This document shows, one piece after another, positions 8,208 to 15,842 of a DNA stretch of 64,000 nucleotides (its first letter is position 1; every line of letters starts with the position of its first letter). The stretch comes from Vicinamibacterales bacterium. Lineage in GTDB: Bacteria > Acidobacteriota > Vicinamibacteria > Vicinamibacterales > UBA8438. The translations under genes were made by a program, and so were the position numbers. The notes under the pieces were generated by a model. The model did not search any database, had not been told where the DNA came from, and was given only the letters and a program-made list of their open reading frames with translations. The stretch lies in contig OZ245367.1 in assembly GCA_963662835.3 (NCBI GenBank), positions 5,163 to 69,162 on the forward strand. The letters are read 5' to 3'.

Positions 8208-8918
8208 ATGAGTGATAACAAGTACGCAGACGAGCTGAGCGAGAAGTACTTGGGCTGCATGCGGGAGATCAAACGTCGCATCCATGTCATCCAAGGGTTC
8301 CTCCGGCAGGAATGGCATGCGGGTTATCTGGCCTCTACTGCCGAGTGCATTGCCCTCCAGTTCAGGAAGACGCTGGAACTCGTCGCGTTGGCCTCGCTGG
8401 TGGCCAATCGCGAGGAGTACGCTAAGCAGCGTGCCAACTTCAGCACCGACTGGAATGCGAAAAGGATCGTGAGCACCCTCGAGCGCATCAATCCGAAGTT
8501 CTATCCAGTACCCACCAGGCCGGTGCGTTTGAGTGCTGAGGATTTTGCCGATTATGACTTCCAGCCGGTATCCGAGTACCTGACCAGAGACGACTACATT
8601 CTGTTGTTCGACGAGTGCAGCGGGCTGCTCCACGCGGCCAATCCGTACTCCGACAGCCAACCACCGTACGGGCAGTTCATGGATGAAGCTCTCGAGTGGC
8701 TGCGGAAGACGATGGCTCTACTGAACCACCACGAAATCTACCCGCTGGATACCGACTTGATGTTTGTGGTGCAAATGGGCCGAGCTGACCAGGACGTGTC
8801 GTTGACGCAGTTCATCAAGGCTGGAGCTAAGGAGGATCTGCTAACCGAGAAAGGGCGGAATGCGCTGCTGCAGATACGTCGAGAGATTGTGACGCAGTCG
8901 GAGCGTGGGAGTTCTTGA
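8208..8918 (+). CDS. hypothetical protein (orphan, lower-GC islet)
   Basis: This is a clean 236-aa ORF with AGAGGAGA upstream of the ATG. Composition is clearly lower in GC than the flanks. I recognised no motif. Confidence 0.6.
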   Translation: MSDNKYADELSEKYLGCMREIKRRIHVIQGFLRQEWHAGYLASTAECIALQFRKTLELVALASLVANREEYAKQRANFSTDWNAKRIVSTLERINPKFYPVPTRPVRLSAEDFADYDFQPVSEYLTRDDYILLFDECSGLLHAANPYSDSQPPYGQFMDEALEWLRKTMALLNHHEIYPLDTDLMFVVQMGRADQDVSLTQFIKAGAKEDLLTEKGRNALLQIRREIVTQSERGSS

Positions 8919-8959
8919 ACAGAGGTTGGGCCTTGATTGGCAGGATCGACGAGTTGAAG

Positions 8960-9392
8960 ACAAGCCACCCTATAGGAAGCGGCGCCACCGCACCACGCTC
9001 GGCAGTCGCGCCGGCCGAGTAGTGCACCACCATTTCCTTGATGTCTTCCAGTTGCCGGCGAGCATGACGTCGGTGGTCGACGCGCCGCGGCTCGTCAGCT
9101 CCGACGCCAGCCCGACGCGTCCCCGAGTGCGCGGTGACCCGGCTCTCGACGCCGGCGGCCTGCGCTGCGGCCGTGAACCGCAACCCGATCATCTGCGCCG
9201 ACAACGGCACCACGGGGGTCCCGCGGCTCCGGACTCGTGGCGGCGCGCAGCGTCCGAAGAGCGCGCGCCACGCCGTCCTTCACGAACCCACACGTCGTTC
9301 ACCTCGCCCCTCCTGGTTCGTCTTGCTCCGGCGGACGGTGACGAAGGATCCCGTCGCCGTCGGTCGAATCGACGATGTCGGCCCAGCGCAGG
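8960..9392 (-). pseudogene. tyrosine recombinase remnant (type A), multiply frameshifted
   Basis: Pieces across several frames include VTVRRSKTNQEGRGE, TAHS..R.G and MVVHYSAGATAERGAVA. These correspond to the box I/II regions of the intact recombinase at 12250-13254. Confidence 0.55.
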
Positions 9393-9500
9393 GCGCGCTG
9401 TTCGCCGAGGTCAAGCGCGACTTGATCTCCGAGCGCACCCGCGCGGGTCTCGCCAAGGCCAGAGCCGCGCGCCGAAGAGCTGGGGCGCCCCGACGGGCTC
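9393..9500 (+). pseudogene. resolvase (serine recombinase) internal fragment
   Basis: ALFAEVKRDLISERTRAGLAKARA matches LFALFAEVERDLISERTREGLARARS of tnpR at 15110-15723. It is about 30 codons long and then loses frame. Confidence 0.5.
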
Positions 9501-9623
9501 GCTGGAAGGGCCTTCGGCTATGACCCTTCGGGGGCACGGTTCGAGATCGTCCGACGGTTTGGGTACTTGTCGCCACGTTCTGACGAGCACCTTGTGCTCG
9601 GAACTCTCCGGGCGCCCCTTGGG

Positions 9624-9717
9624 GTCCGATAACGGCCGTTCGGTTAACCGTGCCGGATCACGTCCGGAGGCTGCATGCCGGGCGTGAAAACAGGTAGGGG
9701 CTATAGATCGCTCACTG
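9624..9717. repeat. ~90-nt repeated intergenic module, copy 2
   Basis: GTCCGATAACGGCCGTTCGGTTAACCGTGCCGGATCACGTCCGGAGGCTGCATGCCGGG...GATCGCTCACTG aligns with 1126-1216. Confidence 0.65.
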
Positions 9718-9727
9718 CGGCAGTTGC

Positions 9728-10108
9728 CTACGCCTCGGTCGGCGCGTCGTCCGCGTTCTCCGCGCCACCGCTGCCGGCAGTTTCAGCCTGCTTCCTGCGT
9801 TCCGCCCAATAGTTCTTCATCCGGTCCGAGACCGCTTGCTTGGCCTCGGCTGACATCTCGCGGCGCTTACGCTTCGCAGGCGTTCTGGAAGACGCAGACG
9901 GGCGCGGCTTCACACCAAGGGCGGCGATCGCCGCATCGATTCGAGCGACACTGTCCAGCAATTCAGACCGTTGGTCATTCAGCAGCGCGATGACGTCTTT
10001 CACTCGCAGCTCCTTTTTCTCCCATTCGCCACGAGTAGTAGTGTAGTCGAAGGAGTCATCCTGGCGCTCTCGAAGGCGAACGGCGTGGCTGACCCAACGT
10101 CGGCGCAA
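9728..10108 (-). CDS. hypothetical protein
   Basis: ORF track. The basic C-terminal part MSAEAKQAVSDRMKNYWAERRK is a motif I have seen in small mobile-element proteins. The start codon is uncertain. Confidence 0.4.
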   Translation of the reverse strand: MRRRWVSHAVRLRERQDDSFDYTTTRGEWEKKELRVKDVIALLNDQRSELLDSVARIDAAIAALGVKPRPSASSRTPAKRKRREMSAEAKQAVSDRMKNYWAERRKQAETAGSGGAENADDAPTEA

Positions 10109-10391
10109 CTGGCGTGCTGGCTGGCGATGCCCCCGACGTCATCGGGCAAGGCACCGCTCCTTCCAGAGCGTCGACCCGGCGGGTCGGCGGCCGGGAACGG
10201 GGCGGCTCGTCTTGGCGAGCGCGCATCGTCGAGTTCGCGGCCACCGGGCCAAGCGTCGAGCCGTCGCGCCGACGTGGAGAGCGCGGCGAACTCGCCCCGG
10301 CCCCCCGCCGGCGGCCGGGACCAGGGCGGCGTCGGCAGGCGTCTGTGGCAACCTGCGGGGGATCCGCGCCGCTCGGGGCACCACCACTTTT

Positions 10392-10700
10392 CTATAACGT
10401 GAAATTGCTCATAAATTCTTCCATCGAGACATCGTCGTTATCATCTTTAAAGATGATGAAATGCTCACGAATCTTAGCAATGCTCGCATAACGGCTTTCG
10501 GTTTCCGTGTCGGGTAAATTTCCATCCCCGTCCCTGAGGTTTTCCAAGTTTGTCAATTCTACATTTATCGCGGCTTGGTACGCCGGATTCGAGAGAATCC
10601 CATTCTCGATTTGCTTCTTTGTATAACCTTGCTTCTGAAACAGGGTTCGAAGTCTAATAGCAATTTCCGAAAAGGTTTCAGGGTTTTTGAATTCGTCCAT
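10392..10700 (-). CDS. hypothetical acidic protein in an AT-rich islet
   Basis: A 102-aa ORF in a ~380-bp stretch that is strikingly AT-rich compared with the flanks, with sharp boundaries near 10385 and 10770. I recognised no motif. Confidence 0.55.
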   Translation of the reverse strand: MDEFKNPETFSEIAIRLRTLFQKQGYTKKQIENGILSNPAYQAAINVELTNLENLRDGDGNLPDTETESRYASIAKIREHFIIFKDDNDDVSMEEFMSNFTL

Positions 10701-10776
10701 TTTTTCGTGTCCTTTCCTCTTTGCACTTCACCCAACAGCCCAACCTGAACATTTTACCATCCACGGATCGCTCCAT

Positions 10777-11004
10777 CTAGACATTGCGGCTGACGAATAT
10801 CAGCAACGCAAGAACCGTCACAACTATCGCTTCTTCGGCGCTGACGTCGGTGGAGAATATAGCCAGCACCAGCACGACCAGGGTGATCGCCAGTACGATG
10901 CTGCCACGAGCCTGCATAACTCCCCTCGACCCCTTGCCGCCGCCTGCGCTCTGGCCGGCGCGTTCCGGGCCGTCGTTCGGCTCGTCGCCGACCGTCTGCA
11001 TCAC
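10777..11004 (-). CDS. small hydrophobic (two-helix) protein
   Basis: The internal stretch MQARGSIVLAITLVVLVLAIFSTDVSAEEAIVVTVLALLIFVSRNV has two hydrophobic helices. It lies between the HNH gene and the AT-rich ORF on the same strand. The start is uncertain. Confidence 0.35.
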   Translation of the reverse strand: MMQTVGDEPNDGPERAGQSAGGGKGSRGVMQARGSIVLAITLVVLVLAIFSTDVSAEEAIVVTVLALLIFVSRNV

Positions 11005-11038
11005 GCCATACGGTGCTGACGTGCGTCCCCTGCGGCAC

Positions 11039-11290
11039 CTACCCGCTCACGCCGAACGTGCCGGTGTTCTTGTGGCACTCGACGCACAGGATCTCACAGT
11101 TGCCAAGCGTATCGGGTCCACCTGAATTGACAGCGGTGCGGTGATGCGCGTGCCAATAGGGGCGTCGGAGTTTCTTGTTGCAGCGGTCCTTCCTTCTGTG
11201 CCACGTGCACGATCTCCGTGTACACTCGCAACGCCCGCCGGCACGCTCGTACGCCGCGTGCCTCACGCTGTTTGGAAACGTCATCTCCAA
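11039..11290 (-). CDS. small HNH endonuclease
   Basis: GGRCECTRRSC...HAHHRTAVNSGGPDTLGNCEILCVECHKN shows the Cys4 and H-N-H signature in an 83-aa protein. Confidence 0.8.
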   Translation of the reverse strand: MEMTFPNSVRHAAYERAGGRCECTRRSCTWHRRKDRCNKKLRRPYWHAHHRTAVNSGGPDTLGNCEILCVECHKNTGTFGVSG

Positions 11291-11654
11291 CTCTCCCTGT
11301 CGTCAGCCCGTCGCTGTCAGGCGACGTGAAAAACTCGCGCGGGAAGCGCTTTATGAGGCGCCCCCCCACCACGCGCAGCGGCCCCTGCCGGCGTTCGCCG
11401 GGCCCGCGCGCGGCCGCGTCCCGCTGGTCGACGAGCCGCCGGATGCCGGCCGCGGCGCCGTGCGGCCTGACGACGGCCTCGTCGGGGGTCGGCGCCAGGC
11501 CGCACGCCTGGCGCTCGCGCGCGTGCCGGACGGCTGCCTCGACCGTCTCGCCGGCGCCGAGGATCTCGCCCGTCTCGTCGCCGTCCGGATACCACCAGGC
11601 GACCCAGCCGCCGGGGTCGGCCGGCCGCACCACGAACCGGGTCGCCCTGCTCAT
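11094..11654 (-). CDS. conserved hypothetical protein (paralog of 4889-5296)
   Basis: MSRATRFVVRPADPGGWVAWWYPDG..GETVEAAVRHARERQA. Only the first ~95 aa are conserved. The ORF then reads through the HNH gene in another frame, so the true 3' end is probably near 11370. Confidence 0.5.
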   Translation of the reverse strand: MSRATRFVVRPADPGGWVAWWYPDGDETGEILGAGETVEAAVRHARERQACGLAPTPDEAVVRPHGAAAGIRRLVDQRDAAARGPGERRQGPLRVVGGRLIKRFPREFFTSPDSDGLTTGRVGDDVSKQREARGVRACRRALRVYTEIVHVAQKEGPLQQETPTPLLARASPHRCQFRWTRYAWQL

Positions 11655-11742
11655 CGCACCAGCACCAGCGGCCGGACGGCCGCGTGCAGCATGATCGCGT
11701 TATTGTTGCCGGCGCCGCCGGCCTGTAGGGGTCGGCGGCGCG

Positions 11743-12186
11743 TCAGCCGGACTGTAGTAGGGCCTGCAGCCGGGCCGCGGCGCTCCCCAGCGCGTCGGCG
11801 GCCTCGGCGTCGCCGGCCCGCTCGGCGGCCAGGACCAGGCGCTGGAAGCTCCGCACGAGGGCCGCACGGCCGACGGGTTCGATGGCGTCCGGGTGGGGGG
11901 GCAGCTCGTCGCCGACGACAGCCCGCAGGTGCATCAGGCCGCCCGCCGGGTCGGCCAGGTAGCGGCCGGCCGCGTCGACGGCTTCCTGCTGGGTGTCGCC
12001 GACGGCGACCGGCGTGGTGCCGCGGTAGACGACCCAGCCGTTCACCTGGAGGCTCGCCGGCCGCTGCTTCCCGCCGTCGGCCGGACGGCCCGCGGCGTCG
12101 CCGGCACCCCCCGCTGGAGGCGGCTCGCCGTTGCCGGGCGCGGCGGCGGGCGGCTGCTTCCGCTTCCCCCGCTTGAACATCGACAT
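11743..12186 (-). CDS. hypothetical protein downstream of recombinase
   Basis: MSMFKRGKRKQPPAAAPG...LQVNGWVVYRGTTPVAVGDTQQEAVDAAGRYL. A truncated paralog (MTMFKSRKREKPPAAKAG..LKVNGWIV) lies at 47428-47595. Confidence 0.5.
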   Translation of the reverse strand: MSMFKRGKRKQPPAAAPGNGEPPPAGGAGDAAGRPADGGKQRPASLQVNGWVVYRGTTPVAVGDTQQEAVDAAGRYLADPAGGLMHLRAVVGDELPPHPDAIEPVGRAALVRSFQRLVLAAERAGDAEAADALGSAAARLQALLQSG

Positions 12187-12249
12187 CCCCGCCCAGCTTA
12201 AACCAGCGGCTGGCCCGCGCGTCGGCCCTGTTCCGTCTCGCCGCACGCC

Positions 12250-13254
12250 TCACCCGCCGGCGTCGAAGCACCGCGCGACGGCCCCGTCCTCGACGGCGAT
12301 GGCGCTGGCGTAGCGGGCCACCATGTGGGGGCTCTGCCAGCCGCCGGCCTGCTCGACGGCGGTGGTCGACTCGCCCCTGCGGACGAGCTCTGCGGCCAGC
12401 CCACGGCGTCCCGAGTGCGACGAGACGCCGTCGAGGCCGGCCAGATCCGCGAGGCGCTGGATGCGCCGGTTGATCTGGGCGGGCGAGAGCGGGACCACGC
12501 GGCCGGCCGGCGACGGGTCGGTCGCCTCGCGCAGGGCCGCGACGGCCGCCGCGAACCTCCCCACGAGAAGCCGGTGGTCCTCGCGGGCGGCCTCGGGGTT
12601 GGTTTTCGAGGCGCGGACGCGCACCTTCAGCTGCCCGCGCCACGGGGCGGCGGGGGAGACGTCCCGCCAGCGCAGCGCGGCGATCTCCGAGCGGCGCAGG
12701 CCCGCGCAGAACGAGAGCGCGACGATCGCGCGGTCCTCGAGGCCGCGGCGGGCGGCCACCTTCGCCGACTCGACGCCGCGCCCGGTCCGCCGCGGCCAGG
12801 GCGCGAGGGCCATCAGCGCCGCGGCGCCGGCCAGCGAGAGCGGCGCGGCCTGGCGCGGCGCGGCGTCCGGGCGGGCGGCCTGCTGGCGGGCGATGCCGGC
12901 GAGGGCGGCCCTGACGCCGGGCGCCGCCGGGTCCTCGAGGCCGCCGGCGCGGTGGACGGTCGAGATCCTGGCGGTCTCGGCGCGCCCGGTCAGGTAGGTG
13001 GCGACGAGGACGGGCGCGGCGGGCAGCGCCCGGGCCCCGCGGGCGGTGCACCAGGCTGCAAAGCGTCTCCACTGGCCCCGGTAGGTGCGGCGGGTGTTGC
13101 CGGCCCGGGCGTCGACCGCGGCCGAGGCGATGCGGGCCAGCTCGTCGGGCGAGACCACCTCGGCCGCGGGGCCGGGCCTCTCGCGCGCGCCGAGCGCGCG
13201 GCGTCTGTGGTCGGGCTGACGGGCCGGCCCGTCAGCGGCGCGGCTTTGCCCCAT
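12250..13254 (-). CDS. tyrosine recombinase (type A), apparently intact
   Basis: It has an N-terminal SAM-like core-binding region (NTRRTYRGQWRRFAAWC). The catalytic region reads LSFCAGLRRSEIAALRWRDV, VRVRASKTNPEAARE, SSHSGRRGLAAEL and HMVARY. The likely start is MGQSRAADG. Confidence 0.8.
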   Translation of the reverse strand: MGQSRAADGPARQPDHRRRALGARERPGPAAEVVSPDELARIASAAVDARAGNTRRTYRGQWRRFAAWCTARGARALPAAPVLVATYLTGRAETARISTVHRAGGLEDPAAPGVRAALAGIARQQAARPDAAPRQAAPLSLAGAAALMALAPWPRRTGRGVESAKVAARRGLEDRAIVALSFCAGLRRSEIAALRWRDVSPAAPWRGQLKVRVRASKTNPEAAREDHRLLVGRFAAAVAALREATDPSPAGRVVPLSPAQINRRIQRLADLAGLDGVSSHSGRRGLAAELVRRGESTTAVEQAGGWQSPHMVARYASAIAVEDGAVARCFDAGG

Positions 13255-13317
13255 AAGGGCAATTATCGTGGCCTGAAAATCCAGGGCCGGACCCCATGCT
13301 ACGCTGGGCGTGAGCTG

Positions 13318-13569
13318 ATGCTCGACACGCTCGCGATCGCCCGCACGCTGACCGACACCGACATGGACCGCGACCAGGCCGGGGCCGTCAACGCCGCCGT
13401 GCAGCAGGCCGCCGACCACAGCGTCACTGCCGCCGCTGGGGTCAAGCGCTCGGAGTGGGTGCGGGCGCGCTTGGTCGAGGCGGCGGACGAAGCCGAGCGT
13501 TACGCAGCCCAGTGCGCATTGGGCTCAGCAAACCCCGCTCAGGCGGGCGTCAGGACAGGAGCCTCTTGA
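13318..13569 (+). CDS. hypothetical protein with DUF1640-like N-terminus
   Basis: MLDTLAIARTLTDTDMDRDQAGAVNAAVQQ parallels the N-terminus of the 2551 gene. Its stop overlaps the next start (TGATG). Confidence 0.45.
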   Translation: MLDTLAIARTLTDTDMDRDQAGAVNAAVQQAADHSVTAAAGVKRSEWVRARLVEAADEAERYAAQCALGSANPAQAGVRTGAS

Positions 13570-13817
13570 TGGGCATCGAAGCTGTGGTTGCGGTCGCTGG
13601 AGCATTCATCGGAGGCGTGGCCGTTCTGGGCGCTTCCTGGCGGATGATCGCCCACTACGACAAGACGAACAGGGAAGAACACGCCGCCCTCATGCGGGCG
13701 ATCTCGGCCCTGGGTGAACGAGTCACGGCCGTGGAAGTGCGGCTCGGCGAGCGAATGGCGGCCGTGGAAGGGAAGCTTGACCTGCTCATCGCGCAGCAGC
13801 AGAAAGGTGGTCTGTGA
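13569..13817 (+). CDS. small membrane-anchored coiled-coil protein
   Basis: MGIEAVVAVAGAFIGGVAVLGASW forms a TM helix, followed by the coiled coil LMRAISALGERVTAVEVRLGERMAAVEGKLDLL. It is translationally coupled to both neighbours. Confidence 0.45.
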   Translation: MGIEAVVAVAGAFIGGVAVLGASWRMIAHYDKTNREEHAALMRAISALGERVTAVEVRLGERMAAVEGKLDLLIAQQQKGGL

Positions 13818-14180
13818 ATGGGTGCCGTTGAGAAAGCTGTCAACAGAATCGGGCGCAAGACCCTCAAGACCCTCAGCCGTAGAGCGTCGTTCGAGCTCGC
13901 CGAGTTTGAGCCCGATACCGTGGTGCTTGTGCTCGGCCATGGATGGAGGACTCCGATCCCGTGGTCCTGCATGGAAGGAATCCCGCAGTTTCTCGACAAC
14001 TCCTGCGTGCGGGTCAACAGCGATCTCAGCCACCCTGCACCCGACACGCTGGATGGCTATCTCAAGGCCGCAGGCGTTCAGCGCCGCGCCGGGAACTACG
14101 TCGCCGCCGTGCTCGTTGAGGCGGGTATTGTCGAGGCCGTGCCTGGCTCACCCCTACGTATCCGCCTCCCAGCGCAGTGA
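13818..14180 (+). CDS. hypothetical protein
   Basis: A 120-aa ORF that starts immediately after the previous stop (TGAATG). GC is lower than the flanks. I recognised no motif. Confidence 0.45.
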   Translation: MGAVEKAVNRIGRKTLKTLSRRASFELAEFEPDTVVLVLGHGWRTPIPWSCMEGIPQFLDNSCVRVNSDLSHPAPDTLDGYLKAAGVQRRAGNYVAAVLVEAGIVEAVPGSPLRIRLPAQ

Positions 14181-14570
14181 CCTGTCCGGTGCCGCGCGCC
14201 GGCGAGGCCCGGCCAGCTCGGCGAGGGCCTTGAGGCGCCGGTTGACATGGCGTCCGGAGAGCGGGACGACGTGCTCGTCGTCGTCCCGCTCTCCGGCGCT
14301 GCGCAGCGCGTCGACGGCCGCCGCGAACCCGCCCACCAGCAGCCGGTGGTCCTCGCGGCCGCCGTCGGCGTTGGTCTTCGAGGCGCGCACGCGGACCCGC
14401 AGCTGCCCAGGCCGTTCGGTGGCCGACACGTCCCGCCAGCAGAGCGCGGCGATCTCCGAGCGGCGCAGACCCGCGCAGAACGAGAGCGCGACGATCGCGC
14501 CGTCCTCGAGGGCGCGATCGGCGGCCGACGCGACGCCGCGTCCGGTCCGCCGGCGCTGCTTTGCGCGCGT
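14154..14570 (-). pseudogene. tyrosine recombinase (type A) fragment
   Basis: IVALSFCAGLRRSEIAALCWRDV..LRVRVRASKTNADGGREDHRLLVGGFAAAVDAL is collinear with 12250-13254. Both the N-terminus and the catalytic C-terminus are missing. Confidence 0.65.
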
Positions 14571-14573
14571 CCT

Positions 14574-15077
14574 TCAGCGACTCCCGTTGAGCGTCAGCAA
14601 CTCGCCCAGGGCGTCGTCGTCGGCGATGTCGGCCGGCCAGCCGTAGGCTGCCGCGACGGCGGCATCAAGCGCCGTATGCGCGTCGGCGAGCCACTGCGGG
14701 CGACCGTTGTAGAGGTTCGTCAGCGTGCGCTTCCTGAGCGCTTTCGCGGCGTCCTCGCTGCGGGGCACCGGACGTTTCGGATACCCGGGAACGGGCTCGT
14801 CCACCCACTCGACCCATTCAGGCGGGTTGAGCCACCGATCGCGCAGCTCGACGAGACGGCGGGCGGGCGCGGCAATCGCGATGGCTCGCGGCTCGGCCGC
14901 GTAGCTCGAAGCCGGCACGTTTGGCGCCAGGCCGGTCGGGGAACGGGAACGTCTCGAAGGTCGTGCTCGGTGTGTAGCGCGGGTCGTTGCCCTTCCCCAG
15001 CCACGTGCAGAGCCGAAGCGACCAGAGCTTCGTGAAACCGGCTGTGCAGGATCCCGAAGGTCGTGTCGTCGTTGCGA
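14574..15077 (-). pseudogene. C-terminal remnant of an N6-adenine DNA methyltransferase (type IIG/IIL-like), cut by Tn3-family IR
   Basis: YTPSTTFETFPFP appears in one frame. After a frameshift the sequence reads RRLVELRDRWLNPPEW...LTNLYNGRPQWLADAHTALDAAVAAAYGWPADIADDDALGELLTLN, the characteristic tail of these methylases. Homology starts directly at the IR at 15078. Confidence 0.65.
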
Positions 15078-15115
15078 GGGTACCGACACCATTCGTGCGC
15101 TGATGCACGTTAAGG
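15078..15115. repeat. Tn3-family 38-bp terminal inverted repeat
   Basis: GGGTACCGACACCATTCGTGCGCTGATGCACGTTAAGG has a GGG start and an ACGTTAAG end, as in the Tn3 IR. A second copy lies at 47596-47633. Confidence 0.75.
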
Positions 15116-15723
15116 GCTCGGCCTGGCCCTCTGGTGGTCATGAAGCTGTAGAGCGCGGTCCGGGACACGCCCGTGAGCTTGGCGATGGCGGTCTTCGAGA
15201 CGCCCAGCTCGAGGAAGCGCCGGATCTCGTCCTCCTTGCCGTCGAGCCGTGAGACGCCCAGCGAGCCCTTCGGGCGCCCGAGCTTCCGGCCCGAGGACCT
15301 CGCCCGGGCGAGGCCCTCGCGGGTGCGCTCGGAGATCAGGTCGCGCTCGACTTCGGCGAACAGCGCGAACAGGGTGGTCATGACCTTGGTCTGGATGTCG
15401 CGCTTGCCCTCGACGCGGATGTTCTCCTTCAGGGCCACGAAGGCGACGCCCGCCTTGGCGAGGGCGTCGAGCACGGCGACGACCTGACCCAGCGACCGGC
15501 CGAGCCGGGAGAGCTCGCTGACGACCAGGCGGTCGCCGCGCTGCAGGACGCTCGTCAGCTCGTCGAGCCGACGGCGCTTCTCGGAGGCCTGTCCGGAGGC
15601 GGTCGCCTCGATGAAGTCGTCGATGTGGAGGTCGTGCTTCCGCGCGTACTCCAGGATGGCGAGGCGCTGGCTGCTCGCGTCCTGCTGCGGGGTCGAGACG
15701 CGCAGATAGGCGACGGTCTTCAC
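15110..15723 (-). pseudogene. tnpR: Tn3-family resolvase, 1-nt deletion close to the stop
   Basis: GTG start: VKTVAYLRVSTPQQD...LVVSELSRLGRS...ERDLISERTREGL...HTH. Compared with copy 2 (..FMTSRGLRPSP*), one base is missing near 15128. The stop is therefore lost and the ORF runs on into the methylase remnant. Confidence 0.8.
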
Positions 15724-15842
15724 GGCCTGTCCATGGAATGCAGTTTCGCGTATTGTATCTGACAGATGCGGGACATGGAACGCGTCATGTTCCCTGCTGT
15801 TGAACTGTTCGGTCAGAACGCCCGTTTCTCTCGGACAGAGCC
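15724..15842. promoter_or_regulatory. putative res / divergent promoter region
   Basis: This 119-bp tnpR-tnpA intergenic space contains TGTCCATGG, GGACATGG and ATCTGACAGAT palindromic pieces. The assignment rests on position only. Confidence 0.4.

Noticed and set aside
11651-13072. A 473-aa ORF on the minus strand. Similar very long Arg/Pro/Gly/Ala-rich ORFs occur at 20150-21469, 38107-40464, 38336-39340, 39168-41123, 16866-18308, 33396-34823 and elsewhere.
   Set aside because: They have low-complexity RPGA composition and overlap well-supported genes in other frames or on the opposite strand. Such long shadow ORFs are typical of high-GC DNA. I saw no motifs.
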